From Octopus vulgaris (taxonomy: Eukaryota), in contig OX597830.1 of NCBI GenBank assembly GCA_951406725.2, positions 69,254,001-69,318,000 of the forward strand: DNA of 64,000 nucleotides, read 5' to 3'. The translations under genes were made by a program, and so were the position numbers. This document shows, in pieces, positions 12,791 through 33,645 of the stretch; position 1 is the stretch's first letter, and every line of letters starts with the position of its first letter. The notes beneath the pieces were generated by a model, which worked only from the letters and a program-made list of their open reading frames with translations, had not been told where the DNA came from and made no database searches.

Positions 12791-13079
12791 GCAACATTAT
12801 TTAAGTGCCAAGTGTCGACGTGCATCCTCTGAGTCATCAAAGGAGTATTTTGGTGATATTTTTGAGCAGCTGCTAATCTTACGAACGAAATGTTGCGGAG
12901 AAACACGGCATAATAAACAATTTCTTGCAGCTTCAAGAGATCACTATCTCTTTTGTTTGTTAGGTATTTTATCGCAACTTCATTTTCTTGGATTGCAAAC
13001 GCATTGTCGTTGTATTGTGATGTGTTGTAGTGGTCAAGATTGCAACAGATGTTTCATGTCCATAGGATTATCTTCCTTC

Positions 13080-13210
13080 AGACGGCGAGCTGGCAGAATC
13101 GTTAGCACTTCGAGCAAAATACTTAACGGTATTTCGTCCGTGTCTACGCTCTGAGTAGAAAATCCTCTGATGTCGACTTTACCTTTCATGGCTTCATAAA
13201 ATAAATACCA
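13080..13210 (+). mobile_element. SINE fragment
   Basis: ggcgagctggcagaatcgttagcac...gtcgactttacctttcat. Same family as 57843-58055 and 61860-62035. Confidence 0.6.
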
Positions 13211-13327
13211 GTTTATAATGTTTTTTTATTAAGTCTAGCTGGGGTTTTTTCGTTGTTTTTAGTAGAGATACCTCCCAATCCAGACAATACGAACACTCTC
13301 ACTACAAATCCCTATAATTAAAATACC

Positions 13328-16139
<2,812 letters not shown>

Positions 16140-19100
16140 CCGATGTGAAAACAATTTGATCCTGTATTGGCATGTCCTTGAACGCAGATGACAAGGGAAG
16201 CTGCTCATTATGTTGATGGGGAGTCTGAAAAGACGTTGATGTCTCTTTTCCTCAAGTCTCTCACGTCGGATTAGTTCAAAGTGTGTAGCTCCTTCGTCGC
16301 CGAGGGAGCGCCAGATTTGCCGGTTGTGAGCAAAGTATTCAAGTTGTGCCGGTTGAATGTTGCGGGAGTTAAGGACAAGCTAAAGATGATCCTGGAATCT
16401 CATTTTCGGAGGCGTCCAAAGGAGGAGGAGGTGATCCGTCGTAGAACGTCATCGACGATATGTCCATTTTGTGATATGTCCATTTTACCTAGGTGGTTAA
16501 AAGAGTCAACGTTTGACAGAAGCGTGTCGTTTATATATAGTTATGTTGCTGGATGTGTTTTTTTTTTATTAAATACGTTTGCATGATCTCGTTGTGTTTT
16601 TTATGTTGATGTTAAGACCCAGACGAATATAGGTTTCATCCATGGCACTTCAGAATCGCTGGAGTGAGGCTGTTTTCTGAGCAGTGGCAGCAGTAACATT
16701 TGCATACCGGAGCTCAAATATCTGTTGATGCTAGAGTTTTTGCTTTGAGCCGGTGGGTCTTGAAAATACTGACATCATAGCGATAACAGGTTCTTATGCT
16801 ATCGTCGGTACTCTCTTGGACCTAGGAGAGGAGAGTTACAGCTATGTAGATGCTGAACAAAACAGGAGTGAGAACGCAACCCTGTTTGACTCTCGGTTTA
16901 ACTCTGAATTGTTCTGAAGACGCTCCACCAAGACAGACTCTGGCTAGCATTCCGTTGTGGAATTTGCGGATGAAAGTTAAAGCAGTTGGAGGATAGCCAC
17001 AGTTTCCATAAAATGTCACAATCTACGGTGTCAAAAGCATTCGTCATATCGAAGAAACCAAAATTCATTTTTGTTGTTCTCTGCATTTTTCGAGAAGTTA
17101 GCGTGCACCAAATATCAAATCAATTGTGCTCATATAAACCACATTGAGATTCAGGGATGGTGCGGTCCGACACAAAGATAAGAAGATGGCGGAGAATAAT
17201 GCGTGCAAGAATGTTGCAAGACACATCCAGAGGCTTCTGCTGTCACTGCAGTCGGATCGATTGCCTTTTCTTTTGTAAATGCAAATAATGATTGGTATTA
17301 ATTTTTGTTTGTTTGTTTTTCCAACAGAGAACTAGGAAAGGGTGAAGATATGATGCAAGTTGCGGTCCGCCGTATTTCCAAACCTCTCCAGGGATACAGT
17401 CTTCGTCAGGAGACTTCTTATTCTTTTGGGAGTGCAGTACCTTCTAGACTTCGTCTTGACTGAGTTCAGCTGCTATTTCTTCGATGATTTGAAGTTTTGG
17501 AAGCTCATCTAAAATCGATGTATCTGTCCAACGTTAAGGTTCTTATTGTTTTCTTTAATTAGAGTAGAGCCGTCAGCGATACAGATAGGTGCAATCAGGC
17601 AATGCGAAGGACCGAAGTTGTCTTTGAACGGGTCGTAGAGTTCATAAGTTTTCTTTTCTTCAGCGAATTGTTGGATCTTTTCGGAGTTGCGGAGCCACCA
17701 ACCATTCTGTGGGGCCTCAGCCCTAAGGTTATGCTAGTTTGGGACTAAGAAATGAAGATTTGAGAGGTGGGCGTTATGAGCACGGTTTTTCGCCTGCAAA
17801 AGGGTTTGGATAATGTCTGCATTATCCAACCCCTTGAGTTCTTCATGTGGGATTTTCCAAAAGTGGGTTCAGAGTGGGTGTGTCGAATGATGGAGAGCGC
17901 AGAGTTCCAGAGTAAGTTGAGTTCATTCTGATTCTGTTCGACCTCGATTTCTTCCCTATGTTATTTTCCATATTGCGAGGGAGTTCTTGTAGAACTGGAA
18001 GAACTAGAACAACTGGGCAGACAGTAGCGACGTTTTTTGTTTTTGGAGCTCAGTTTGTTTTGTTGTGCTGGAAAGACGGGCCACTTTAAGTTTTGGAAAC
18101 ACTTTTGCTTTTTCTGGCCGGAGGGCGGATTTGAAGACATAGGTGCGCGCATCGTATGGGGATCGGCCTAACATTCTGCACCGCGCTTGTATTTGATGTA
18201 GAAGGCATCGTTCAGATCATTTTGACGAACACTCACGTAATTGAGGAGATGCCATACTTTGGATCGAAGGTGTATCCTTCTCCAAGCTGAGTGTAGAGAC
18301 TGGTAGGAGGCGTCTTTAGTTTCTTCATTAATGCCTAACGTCGGGGCATATACACTGAAGGTAGTGGCATGTACTTTGTTACTGAGGAGAATTCGAAAGG
18401 TCATCTGCCGTTCAATTATATCGGTTGAAATCGAAGAGATATTCTCCAGTAAAGACCAACGGACAGCAAATCCTACACTATGAATTCTATTTTTGATTTG
18501 AAAAAGTCCTTTCCAGAAGTATATGTATCTTTCATCAACTTCAGTGAGAGATCCGTCATCAGAGAATTTTGTTATGCTGAATGCATATCCACATTGCACC
18601 CTTTCAGTTAAAAGGCGATGAGCGCGGTCCTAAGGTTGGGTCGATCGTGGTCATCACGGTCATTCAAAGTTCGTATATTCCATGTAGCGAAAAATGAGAG
18701 ATTGTGATGGTTTTCTTATTAATCTTCGACCGCAGTATGGAGATGGCTTGCCAGGTGCGGTATTCTAGCTAGGTAAAAAAAAAGTCTGACATCTTTTAGA
18801 CTACATTTCCTAAGCCTCTCCTCAACTGAGGCGCTGAGAGTCTTCAAAAGATCCTCCAGGTCACACAGATAGGACACAAATTGGTGTGCATTCCCAGAGT
18901 CACATCGAGACCACCGTCTTGCCTGCACCACCAAGAAGGTGGGATAAGAGGTGTGAGAACAAAGCTTACGCACGGAGTTGTATAGGGTGATGGGACGGAC
19001 AGTTAGTCCCATTCGCATGCACCTGACTCTTGTTCAGCAGTACTTCGGTGACAAGAGAAATGTCCAAGACGACCAAAAGCTGTCAAGAAATTGCAGCTAG

Positions 19101-19480
19101 TTGCCGGAATCCAGGTTGCTACTCACTTGGGCAAGGTTTTAGGTTGGAGTTTCCATCTCGTAGAAAGATTGCCTCTCAAGGCTAATGAGCTCCATCTGCT
19201 CGCGAACAGAGCTATTTCTGAATGCTCTTTCACCATCTCAAAGAAAGGATATCTACGCCCACATCCATCGAGAACACAGTTGACCTTCAGTCGTAACCCT
19301 TACCATGAAGAAGCGTTATACTCCGTAATACAGGGCCCTTGCCTGAACTTGGCTGCTACTTTCACAGTACCTGCACCGCGACATGGAAGCGCTAGGCAAG
19401 AATTACCGCCGTATAAATTAGGGACGATGACCCGAACTACCATCAACAAGGACCTTAGCTATCAGTAGCCAGGTCTCCAT
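16140..19480 (-). mobile_element. Near full-length decayed RTE LINE
   Basis: Endonuclease motifs (YIYFWKG, VGFAVR, SVYAPT) at 18168-18599. RT motifs (FFDMTNAFDTVD, VKQGCVLTPVLFSIY) at 16822-17086. GC-richer 5' UTR to about 19480. Confidence 0.85.
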
Positions 19481-20169
19481 CGGAAGCCGGGAATCATAAA
19501 ACGTACAAATATAAAACATAAAATATGCTTTATATATGTATAAAGATAAAAATAGAAAGCAACAGGATGCAATAGAATGTAGTAGAATAAGAATGAAAAA
19601 AATACACATTCTTTTATTCTTTTACTTGTTTCAGTCATTTAACTGCGGCCATACTGGTGCACCGCCTTTAGTCGAACAAATCGACCCCAGGAATTATTCT
19701 TTGAAAGCCTGGTGCTTATTCTATCAGTCTTTTTTGCCAAACCGGTAGATTACGGGGAAGTAAACGTACCAACATCGGTTGTCAAGCAATGGTGTGGGAC
19801 AAACACACAAATAAATACGTATAGCTATATATATATAGTTTGTAGTCCACCACAACACGTGGGTATGTGGGTATTTGGTTAGAGTAGTATGGAAGTTACA
19901 AAACTGTCCCGAAGTGGATGGAATATATTCAAATATATTAAAGGATAAAATCGTTAAAACCTTTCAGTGGCCAGCATATAAAACAGAAATTTTAGATAAA
20001 TTCACATATATTTGATGCGAATATATTTGTGGTATTTGCATGTAATCGCCACTTTGCCTTTGCTTCTCTGTGAGTATGCATACATGTCTCACTTATTTCG
20101 CTCAGTATGCTTTTCTAATAGAGGAAGCCTTATCAAACTAATCCAGAAAACTTAGTTTTGCAAAAGTTG

Positions 20170-22313
<2,144 letters not shown>

Positions 22314-22833
22314 ATACAATGTTTTGATTAGCAGATATTTCTAATTAAGTGAAAGTCTCCGCCACATCATATCGCAATTCGAAGGCAAAGCAGTTGAAAT
22401 CCAAAAATGAGAGATTGATAGGAAATAATTAATAAGCGAAAGATACGGTGAAGCCCTAGCAGTCTGAAAACATTTTAGGGGTTACTGATTGCATGGGACA
22501 TATTTTCAGTTAAACTTAGAAACTTTTCTTTACAACCTTGATAATATGTAGCTGCCTGGTCAATATTGAAAAGAGAAAGCAAATCTTTACATAGATATAT
22601 ACATACAAACATACACACATAAATACCTACGTACATATACATACATACGTACATATACATACATACATACATACATACATACATACATACATCCATACAT
22701 ACATGTATGCATGCATGCATATATAATTAAACTGCCCTGGTTGCTAGCTGTAAGGTGAAACAAGGAAGGATGTGTAGGATTACAGGGTTTGAGAGGTAAA
22801 TATATCAATCAGACACACAAGCAGTCACATACT

Positions 22834-22886
<53 letters not shown>

Positions 22887-24055
22887 ACGCTCATACACAG
22901 AAGTATGCAGCGACATTCAATATCCTTATTGTCGCTCGTAATTCAAGTACCATGCAGTTTTGATATTCTTCTTCGTATTCCATTTGAAATTCTTGTTCAC
23001 ATTCTCATAATTATTCGATGAATCATGCTCTGCTCTATTTTAAACAAACCTACACGTTGTATTATTATTTTTACTTCCTAATTCAATGAATAATCACAAA
23101 TATCTTTGTATAGAAATCAACTTCTGTCTGGGCAAACGATATTTCAGCAAAGAAGCATTAGACTATATTCACGATAAATGCAGGATAAAACAATGATAAT
23201 CTTGGCAGCGTTTTCTGGAAGTTGAATGTAGTCTTCGAAGAAGGCTCAAAAGTACTCCTTAATTTTGGTGATGCATGACCTGTAGGAGCGTAGATATTTC
23301 CATCTTGTTATTGGGTATGTAAGGGAATATTAGGGTGTGTGGATTTAGCTATATGCATTTAAAAATCCTTTTCAATTTAATACTATGTTACATTGGTTGT
23401 TAGCTGCAAAGTGAAACAAGGATGACAAATATCATAATAGGTTTTGAAATGTAAATACATAAATAAACACACACACATACACAAAGAGGCACGCACTCAC
23501 ACATGTGCACATTCTCTCACGCATAAAACCACGTTCAGTCTCCTTTATCTCTCTCGGAATTCATGTACCACGCAGATTTATTTAATTTGTTTGTATTCGA
23601 TTTGAAATGTTTGTTGAAATTCTCATAAATACCCTGCCCTATTTTAAACATACCCAGGCGTTGCCATGTAACATCAACCCGTAGCAACGAGAAATGCAGC
23701 AACAAAATCATTAGCAATTAAGTTTAGGTTGAACCTATTTTCATACGTATACACGTACTTGCCGTGCTCCCTATCTACCTGTCTATATACATACACACAC
23801 GCAAATGCATACATACACACATACATGCATACATGCATACATAGATACATACATATTACATGCATTCATACATACATAAATACCTACCTACATGCACATA
23901 TGCATGCATTCATACATGCACATATATGTATACATTTTGTGTGTCTGTGTGTTCGTCTTTGTGTGTCTAAGCGACCTTCGATTTGGGTATATGTGTATAT
24001 TTGTATAGATCTATATTTTTCTCCCTGAAACAATATATATATATATATATATATA

Positions 24056-26333
24056 CTAGCTGAAGGTGACCCGCTCTACGCGCGGGTAAGAGTGTGGTTG
24101 TTACTTTCTGTTGCTTCCTTTCAGCACGTAAAAAGCACCATCCGAACGTGGCCGATTCCAGAGCCGCCTTGACTGGCTTCTGTGCCAGTGGCACGTAAAA
24201 AGCATCAACCGATCGTTGCCGCTCCAAGCCCACCTGGCACCTGTGCCGGAAGCACGAAAAAAGCACCCACTACACTCACAGAGTGGTTGGCGTTAAAAAG
24301 GTCATCAACCTGTAGAAACACTGCCACATCAGACTGGAGCCTGGTGCAGCCTCCTTGCTTCCCAGACCCCGGTCAAACTGTCCAACCCGTGCTAGCACGG
24401 AAAACGGACGTTAAACGATGATGATGATGATGATTCTCCCTCTTTGTTTCTCTCTCCTTTCTTTCTCACTTTCCCTCTCTCTTACTTTTCTTTTCTCTCG
24501 GACTCTCCCTCGCTTTCTCTTACTCTCTATCTTTATCTATCTCTCTCCCATTTATAAACAACAAAAGATCTTGAGTAAGTTGAGAAATAAAATATTTAGA
24601 AAGATCAATCATAAATATCAGGCAGTGGCAACGGAAAGGTCTGCTTCAAGGCAGACAGCAAAACGCTAACATTTAAAAGGGACAGACGAACTTGCGAGCT
24701 GAATAAAAATAATAAAATATTGGAAAGCAAAGTTTGAAAGGATAGAATCTGAGGATAGTAGAGTCACCATGGCTGGCATTTCTTAACGACGGACAGCAAC
24801 GTATTGACAGTTTAACGGCTGGCGTAAAATTTTGAACTTGATGTAAAAGAAAATTCGTAAACACCAACTGGTTCTTTCTCACGACAGTAGACTCACCATG
24901 GCAAGCATTCCAAACCTCTTCATCATGGACGGCAACACATTGAAGATTAAAAGGCTGGCGCAATTTTTTTAGCTTGCTGTAACAGAGAATTCCTAAACAC
25001 TCGTTCCTTTAAATTTTAATCCCCTTCCAGCCCCATTTATACACCTTTTCACATTTTGGTTAATATAACCCGATTTCATTCGGGTCTACTGGGGCAACAT
25101 TTTATAAGATGAGGAATTTTGTCCTAGAGGTCCCGCCTTTCATTTGAGTAAAAAATAGTTGTCATGCAAACTTGCCAGCACTTTTAACCCTTTCGTTACC
25201 AAACCGCCCAAAGCCGCCCGAAAAAAATTTTGGTTAATGTGACCACACCGCCCAAACCCGCCCGTATTTACCTATTTATATTTAAATGAGAATATCAGAG
25301 CAAATCTCTTTATTACATTCGTGAAAACACGTGATTATACTTCGTAAACAGTTCATCTACAGTTTTGTACAACGATCGAAGGGTAATTTTAATTCCGTTA
25401 ATTTTGGGAGATTTTTTTCCGAAATTTGTTTCTATTGTGATTTCAAAATTTGTAATTCTGACAGAAAATGGATACGAATTTCATCATATCAAGCAGCGAG
25501 TCAGAATTCGAAGGATTTTCTACTGAAGACCTTGATAAATTTAACTCTATGACTGAAAAAAAAACAGGACGTGGTATTTGATAATGGATCGGATGTTTCA
25601 TTTTCCGAAAGTGAAAACAGTGAATCCGAGAGCTCCGACAGCGATAAAGAAAATGAATTGGCACCTGAATGGAGTGAAAATTGAAAAACTGTTTCTTTCG
25701 GTGATTTTTCTGAAGAAACTGGACCAAGCCACAGACTTTCCCAGGAGAGTAAAGCCTTAGACTATTTCTTTTTACTTTTTCGAATGAACCTATTTGAAAT
25801 CATTACGGCGGAAACGAACCGTTACGCTAAATGTAAACAAAGCGAAAGAAAGGATAGTTAGTGGTTTCCCACAACATTAAATGAAATTAAGACTATTTTG
25901 CCATAAATATTATTATGGGTATCAGAAAGTTACCCAGAATAACAAATTCTATCGTAAAATTTTGTTGTATACCCAATTGAATATTAGCTAATAACTCATT
26001 TTCTATAGCGATGTTTGAACAAAATTTTGATAATTTTATATTTTGTTGAATTTACCTGTTTCTACCTGTAATTAGAGTCACTTTGTGACAAAAATCGTAG
26101 TATAGGATTTTTTGAGAACATTTCATTAAATTATCTTCCAAAAATCACATTAAAATATTGATAAATAAAAATGTTATAGTTGTTTAATGAAACCAAACTA
26201 AATTTATGATTACGTTAGAAATTACTTGAAACACATAAGGGGTGTATTTTGGTCAGAAATATAGTATCGAAAGGGTTCATAGGTGTGCATATTTTCAGCT
26301 GAACCGACCGACCATATAATGCACACTTTATAC

Positions 26334-26380
<47 letters not shown>

Positions 26381-27102
26381 TGTGTGTGTGTATGCACGCA
26401 TTATATTTACAAATTATATATATATATGTATAAATTAAATTTGAGAAAAAAACCACTAAGAGGCAAAAAAACAAAAACAAAAACATAAAAATTAAAATAT
26501 TATATAGAAAATATAGAATATTTAAATATTTCATTTATTTAAATTTAGAATAAAAATTATTAAATTATATTTATAATTTGTTTAAAAATATATATAACTA
26601 TCAAAATGCATTAAAAAGTTTAATATACATAAATACAGTTATATACACTTTGTATATTTACATTATATATACATATTTATATATCGAACACACACACACA
26701 CATATATAAATGAACGCAATGAATATCTGATTCATAATATTTGTTCTCATGATTGTGTGTTGTTGGTGGCAATGATAATACTCCCTATGAATACAGGCAG
26801 ATAGATCAAAGAACGCCGTCTGACGAACTTATAAAGGAAAAGTGAAAGGGAGTTGAAGGGAATACATTAAATAACGGGAGTGGAATTGTCAAAGTTATCA
26901 TATGAAGGGGAGTAAAAGGGGAATGGAGGAAATACCGTGAGTGAGAAAGATGGCCCCTACCAACCACACCTTTCAAGATAGGGATTTCTAACGTCGCCCA
27001 CAGGCATCGTCACCTCATTCTACATGTCCCTGTAAATTTTAGAGCGAATCGGACGGGACGTTGTGGCATTGAAAGCGAGCCAAACGGTAAAAATGCATTT
27101 CA

Positions 27103-27112
<10 letters not shown>
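24056..27112 (-). mobile_element. Composite Helitron copy with nested piggyBac (25188-26275) and SINE
   Basis: Same termini and content as 1820-4840. Confidence 0.8.
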
Positions 27113-27164
<52 letters not shown>

Positions 27165-27937
27165 CGTGTTACCATTTAGTCCTTTTGCAACATTGAAATA
27201 GACCTTCCGGTACTTATGCCCTGTATGATCATACCCTACTATTATTCATATATTCGGGTATATTTCTATTTCTATTTATTTTCCAACTGCTAATGCTCTC
27301 TGTCAATCAATTCGCAGACTTACCATTTCCAAAGACACCCATCTTCATATCTGTCTTACATGCCCCTCCCTCTCTTCTGAACTTTCTTTCTCACCATCTT
27401 TCTTTCCTTTCTCTCCTCTATTGTTTTGAGGAGTATTTATTCTCCCTTTATCATTTCACTTAAATATAATTTCAAACTATTTCCTTTACTTTTCACAGAC
27501 TGACCATTTCCAAAGATAAACTTTTTATAGTCTTCTTCCTTCCCCCTCCCTCTTTCATGTGCTTTCTCCTTCTCACCACGCTTACTTTCTCTCTCTCGTC
27601 TACTTTATGTTTTGGCAAGTATTTATTTATTTATTTATTTATTATTTGTGTCTTTATTATTTCTCTTAACATGATATTATTTTAAAATATTTTACTCTTT
27701 TTACTCTTTTACTCTCTTACTTGTTTCAGTCATTTGACTGCTGCCATGCTGGAGCACAGCCTTTAGTCGAGCAAATCGACACCAGGACTTATTGTTTGTA
27801 AGCCTAGTACTTGTTATAACGGGCCCTTTTGCCGAACCGCTAAGTTACGGGGACGTAAACACACCAGCATCGGTTGTCAAGCGATGTTGGGGGGACGAAC
27901 ACGGACACGCAAACATATACACAAACACATACATATG

Positions 27938-27983
<46 letters not shown>

Positions 27984-28385
27984 CATACATACGACAGGCT
28001 TCTTTCATTTTCCGTCTACCAAATCCACTGACAAGGCATTGGTCAGCCCGAGGCTATAGAAAACACTTGCCCAACGCGACACACAGTGGGACTGAACCCG
28101 GAACCATGTGGTTCGTAAGCAAGCTACTTACCACACAGCCAATCCTACGCCTATTTTGTTTAATTTTTATTCAGTTTTCCACTTCAGTCCTTCTCATCTT
28201 TCATTCTTTCTTTTTATAATTACAATATTGTCGTTTTCTCTCTCACATTTTTCTTTCTTTCTTCGTCTCCCTTTATCTTTCTCTGATCATATCTTTTTCA
28301 TCCTTCCCCTTCTAAATTCTTATAAAATCTCGCGCCATCTGCCCAACTCAACACATTAGGCGTATATAACGTGATGCAGTAAGAT

Positions 28386-28481
28386 GTTCCCTGATGATCC
28401 GTTGTTGTTAAGAATCCATTCCACTTGAAACATCCAATGCAGTGTCGCAAAGAACTAGAATAGTGAAACGTACGTTGGAAC
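28386..28481 (+). ncRNA. Hammerhead ribozyme motif, array copy
   Basis: Identical to 21976-22071. Confidence 0.55.
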
Positions 28482-29299
28482 GAACAATCTAGCCATGAGT
28501 TTATCGGAATTTGTCATGCATATATATGCGTGTGTGTGTATGTTCGTGCAGGCGTAAATGTATTCGTAAATATTGACATACAGACTTAACATCGATAATT
28601 ATTGTTAAGATATTGCTCAAAAATACGTTTTATCGCTGTCGAGCCTGTTGAGGGTGAGAGAGATGAGTAACAGGAAAAGATAATTAACGGAATTATAATT
28701 GTTGGAAGCTGTAGCGACACGGTATACAATGTTTTGATTAGCAGATATTTCTAATTAAATGAAAGTCTCCGCCACATCACATCGCAATTCGAAGGCAAAG
28801 CATTTGAAATCCAAAAGCGAGAGATTGATAGGAAATAATTAATAAGCGAAAGATACAGTGAAGCCCTAGCAGTCTGAATACATTTTAGGGGTTACTGATT
28901 GCATGGGACATATTTTCAGTTAAACTTAGAAACTTTTCTTTACAACCTTGATAATATGTAGCTGCCTGGTCAATATTGAAAAGAGAAAGTAAATCTTTAC
29001 ATAGATATATACATACAAACATACACACATAAATACCTACGTACATATACATACATACGTACATATACATACAAACATACATACATACATACATACATAC
29101 ATACATACATACATACATACATACATACATACATGTATGCATGCATGCATATATAATTAAACTGCCCTGGTTGCTAGCTGTAAGGTGAAACAAGGAAGGA
29201 TGTGTAGGATTACAGGATTTGAGAGGTAAATATATCAATCAGACACACAAACACTCACATACATACACACATACACACACACACATACACACACACACA

Positions 29300-29354
<55 letters not shown>

Positions 29355-30518
29355 ACGCTCATACACAGAAGTATGCAGCGACATTTAATATCTTTATTGT
29401 CGCCCGTAATTCAAGTACCATGTAGTTTTGATATAGTTCTTCGTATTCCATTTGAGATTCTTGCTCACATTCTCATAATTAATCGATGAATCATGTTCTG
29501 CTCTATTTTAAACAAACCTACACGTTGTATTATTATTTTTACTTCCTAATTCAATGAATAATCACAAATATCTTTGTATAGAAATCAACTTCTGTATGGG
29601 CAAACGATATTACAGCAAAGAAACATTGAACTATATTCACGATAAATGCAGGATAAAACAATAATAATCTTGGCAGCGTTTTCTGGAAGTTGAATGTAGT
29701 CTTCGAAGAAGGCTCAAAAGTACTCCTTAATTTTGGTGATGCATGACCTGTAGGAGCGCAGATATTTCCATCTTGGTATTGGGTATGTAAGGGAATATTA
29801 GGGTGTGGATTTAGCTATATGCATTTAAAATCCTTTTCAATTTAATACTATGATACATTGGTTGTTAGCTGCAAAGTGAAACAAGGATGACAAATATCAT
29901 AATAGGTTTTGACATGTAAATACATAAATAACACACACACACATACACATACAGGCACGCACTCACACATGTGCACATTCTCTCACGCATAAAACCACGT
30001 TCAGTCTCCTTTATCTCTCTCGGAATTCATGTACCACGCAGATTTATTTAATTTGTTTGTATTCGATTTGAAATGTTTGTTGAAATTCTCATAAATACCC
30101 TGCCCTATTTTAAACATACCCAGGCGTTGCCATGTAACATCAACCCTTAGGAACGAGAAATGCAGCAACAAAATCATTAGCAATTAAGTTTAGGTTGAAC
30201 CTATTTTCATAGGTATACACGTACTTGCCGTGCTCCCTATCTACCTGCCTATATACATACACACACGTATATGCATACATACACACATACATGCATGCAT
30301 GCATACATAGATACATACATATTACATGCATTCATACATACATAAATAACTACCTACATGCACACATGCATGCATACATACATGCATATATATGTATACA
30401 CTTTATTTTGTGTGTGTTCGTCTTTGGGTGTCTAAGCGACCTTCGATTTGGGTATATGTGTATATTTGTATAGATCTATCTTTTTCTCCCTGAAACAATA
30501 TATGTATATATATATATA

Positions 30519-32786
30519 CTAGCTGAAGGTGACCCGCTCTACGCGCGGGTAAGAGTGTGGTTGTTACTTTCTGTTGCTTCCTTTCAGCACGTAAAATGCA
30601 CCATCCGAACGTGGCCGATTGCAGCGCGCCTTGACAGGCTTCTGTGCCAGTGGCTCGTAAAAAGCGCCAACCGATTGTTACCGCTCCAAGCCCACCTGGC
30701 ACTTGTGCCGGAGGCACGATCAAAGCACCCACTTGGCGTTAAAAAGGTCATCCACCTGTAGAAACACTGCCACATCAGACTGGAGCCTGGTGCAGCCTCC
30801 TGGCTTCCCAGACCCCGGTCAAACTGTCCAACCCGTGCTAGCTCGGAAAACGGACGTTAAGCGATGATGATGATGATGATTCTCTCGCTTTGTTTCTCTC
30901 TCCTTTTTCTCTCACTTTCCCTCTCTCTTACTTTTCTTTTCTCTCGGACTCTCCTTCGCTTTCTCTTACTCTCTATCTTTATCTATCTCCCTCCCATTTA
31001 TAAACAACAAAAGATCTTGAGTAAGTTGAGAAATAAAATATTTAGAAAGATCAATCATAAATATCAGGCAGTGGCAACGGAAAGGTCTGCTTCAAGGCAG
31101 ACAGCAAAACACTAACATTTAAAAGGGACAGACGAACTTGCGAGCTGAATAAAAATAATAAAATATTGGAAAGCAAAGTTTGAAGGGATAGAATCTGGGG
31201 ATAGTAGAGTCACCATGGCTGGCATTTCTTAACGACGGACAGCAACGTATTGACAGTTTAACGGCTGGCATAAAATTTTGAACTTGATGTAAAAGAAAAT
31301 TCGTAAACACCAACTTTTGAAGTGATACTTTCTCACGACAGTAGACTCACCATGGCAAGCATTCAAAACCTCTTCATCATGGACGGCAACACATTGAAGA
31401 TTAAAAGGCTGGCGCAATTTTTTTAGCTTGCTGTAACAGAGAATTCCTAAACACTCGCTCCTTTAAATTTTAATCCCCTTCAGCCCCATTTATACACCTT
31501 TTCACATTTTGGTTAATATAACCCGATTTCATTCGGGTCTACTGGGGCAACATTTTATAAGATGAGGAATTTTGTCCTAGAGGTCCCGCCTTTCATTTGA
31601 GTAAAAAATAGTTGTCATGCAAACTTGCCAGCACTTTTAACCATTTCATTACCAAACCGCCCAAAGCCGCCCGAAAAAAATTTTGGTTAATGTGACCACA
31701 CCGCCCAAACCCGCCCGTATTTACCTATTTATATTTAAATGAGAATATCAGAGCAAATCTCTTTATTACATTCGTGAAAACACGTGATTATACTTCGTAA
31801 ACAGTTCATCTACAGTTTTGTACAAAGATCGAAGTGTAATTTTAATTCCGTGAATTTTGGGAGATTTTTTTCCGAAATTTGTTTCTATTGTGATTTCAAA
31901 ATTTGTAATTCTGACAGGAAATGGATACGAATTTCATCATATCAAGCAGCGAGTCAGAATTCGAAGGATTTTCTACTGAAGACCTTGATAAATTTAACTC
32001 TATGACTGAAAAATAAAAACAGGACGTGGTATTTGATAATGGATCGGATGTTTCATTTTCCGAAAGTGAAAACAGTGAATCCGAGAGCTCCGACAGCGAT
32101 AAAGAAAATGAATTGGCACCTGAATGGAGTGAAAATTGAAAAACTGTTTCTTTCGGTGATTTTTCTGAAGAAACTGGACCAAGCCACAGACTTTCCCAGG
32201 AGAGTAAAGCCTTAGACTATTTCTTTTTACTTTTTCGAATGAACCTATTTGAAATCATTACGGCGGAAACGAACCGTTACGCTAAATGTAAACAAAGCGA
32301 AAGAAAGGATAGTTAGTGGTTGCCCACAACCTTAAATGAAATTAAGACTATTTTGCCACAAATATTATTATGGGTATCAGAAAGTTACCCAGAATAACAA
32401 ATTCTATCGTAAAATTTTGTTGTATACCCAATTGAATATTAGCTAATAACTCATTTTCTATAGCGATGTTTGAACAAAATTTTGATAATTTTATATTTTG
32501 TTGAATTTACCTGTTTCTACCTGTAATTAGAGTCACTTTGTGACAAAAATCGTGGTATAGAATTGTTTGAGAACATTTCATTAAATTATCTTCCAAAAAT
32601 CACATTAAAATATTGATAAATAAAAATGTTATAGTTGTTTAATGAAACCAAACTAAATTTATGATTACGTTAGAACTTACTTGAAACACATAAGGGGTGT
32701 ATTTTGGTCAGAAATATAGTATCGAAAGGGTTCATAGGTGCATATTTTCAGCTGAACCGACCGACCATATAATGCACACTTTATAC

Positions 32787-32862
<76 letters not shown>

Positions 32863-33573
32863 ACGCATTATATTTACAAATTATATATATATGTATAAAT
32901 TAAATTTGAGAAAAAAACCACTAAGAGGCAAAAATACAAAAACAAAAACATAAAAATTAAAATATTACATAGAAAATATAGAATATTTAAAAATTTCATT
33001 TATTTAAATTTAGAATAAAAATTATTAAATTATATTTATAATTTGTTTAAAAATATATATAACTATCAAAATGTATTAAAAAGTTTAATATACATAAATA
33101 CAGTTATATACACTTTGTATATTTACATTATATATACATATTTATATATCGAACACACACACACACACACACATATATAAATGAACGCAATGAATATCTG
33201 ATTCATAATATTTGTTCTCATGATTGTGTGTTGTTGGTGGCAATGATAATTCTCCCTATGATTTCAGGCAGATAGATCAAAGAACGCCGTCTGACGAACT
33301 TATAAAGGAAAAGTGAAAGGGAGTTGAAGGGAATACATTAAATAACGGGAGTGGAATTGTCAAAGTTATATAATGAAGGGGAGTAAAAGGGGAATGGAGG
33401 AAATAGCGTGAGTGAGAAAGATGGCCCCTAGCAACCACACCTTTCAAGATAGGGATTTCTAACGTCGCCCACAGGCATCGTCACCTCATTCTACATGTCC
33501 CTGTAAATTTTAGAGCGAATCGGACGGGACGTTGTGGCATTGAAAGCGAGCCAAACGGTAAAAATGCATTTCA

Positions 33574-33583
<10 letters not shown>
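30519..33583 (-). mobile_element. Composite Helitron copy with nested piggyBac (31641-32730) and SINE
   Basis: Same termini and content as 1820-4840. Confidence 0.8.

Positions 33584-33645
<62 letters not shown>

Larger units (their letters stand above)
22314..28723. repeat. Macro-repeat unit A, full copy (6410 bp)
   Basis: Colinear with 1-6010 and 28724-35244. Confidence 0.95.
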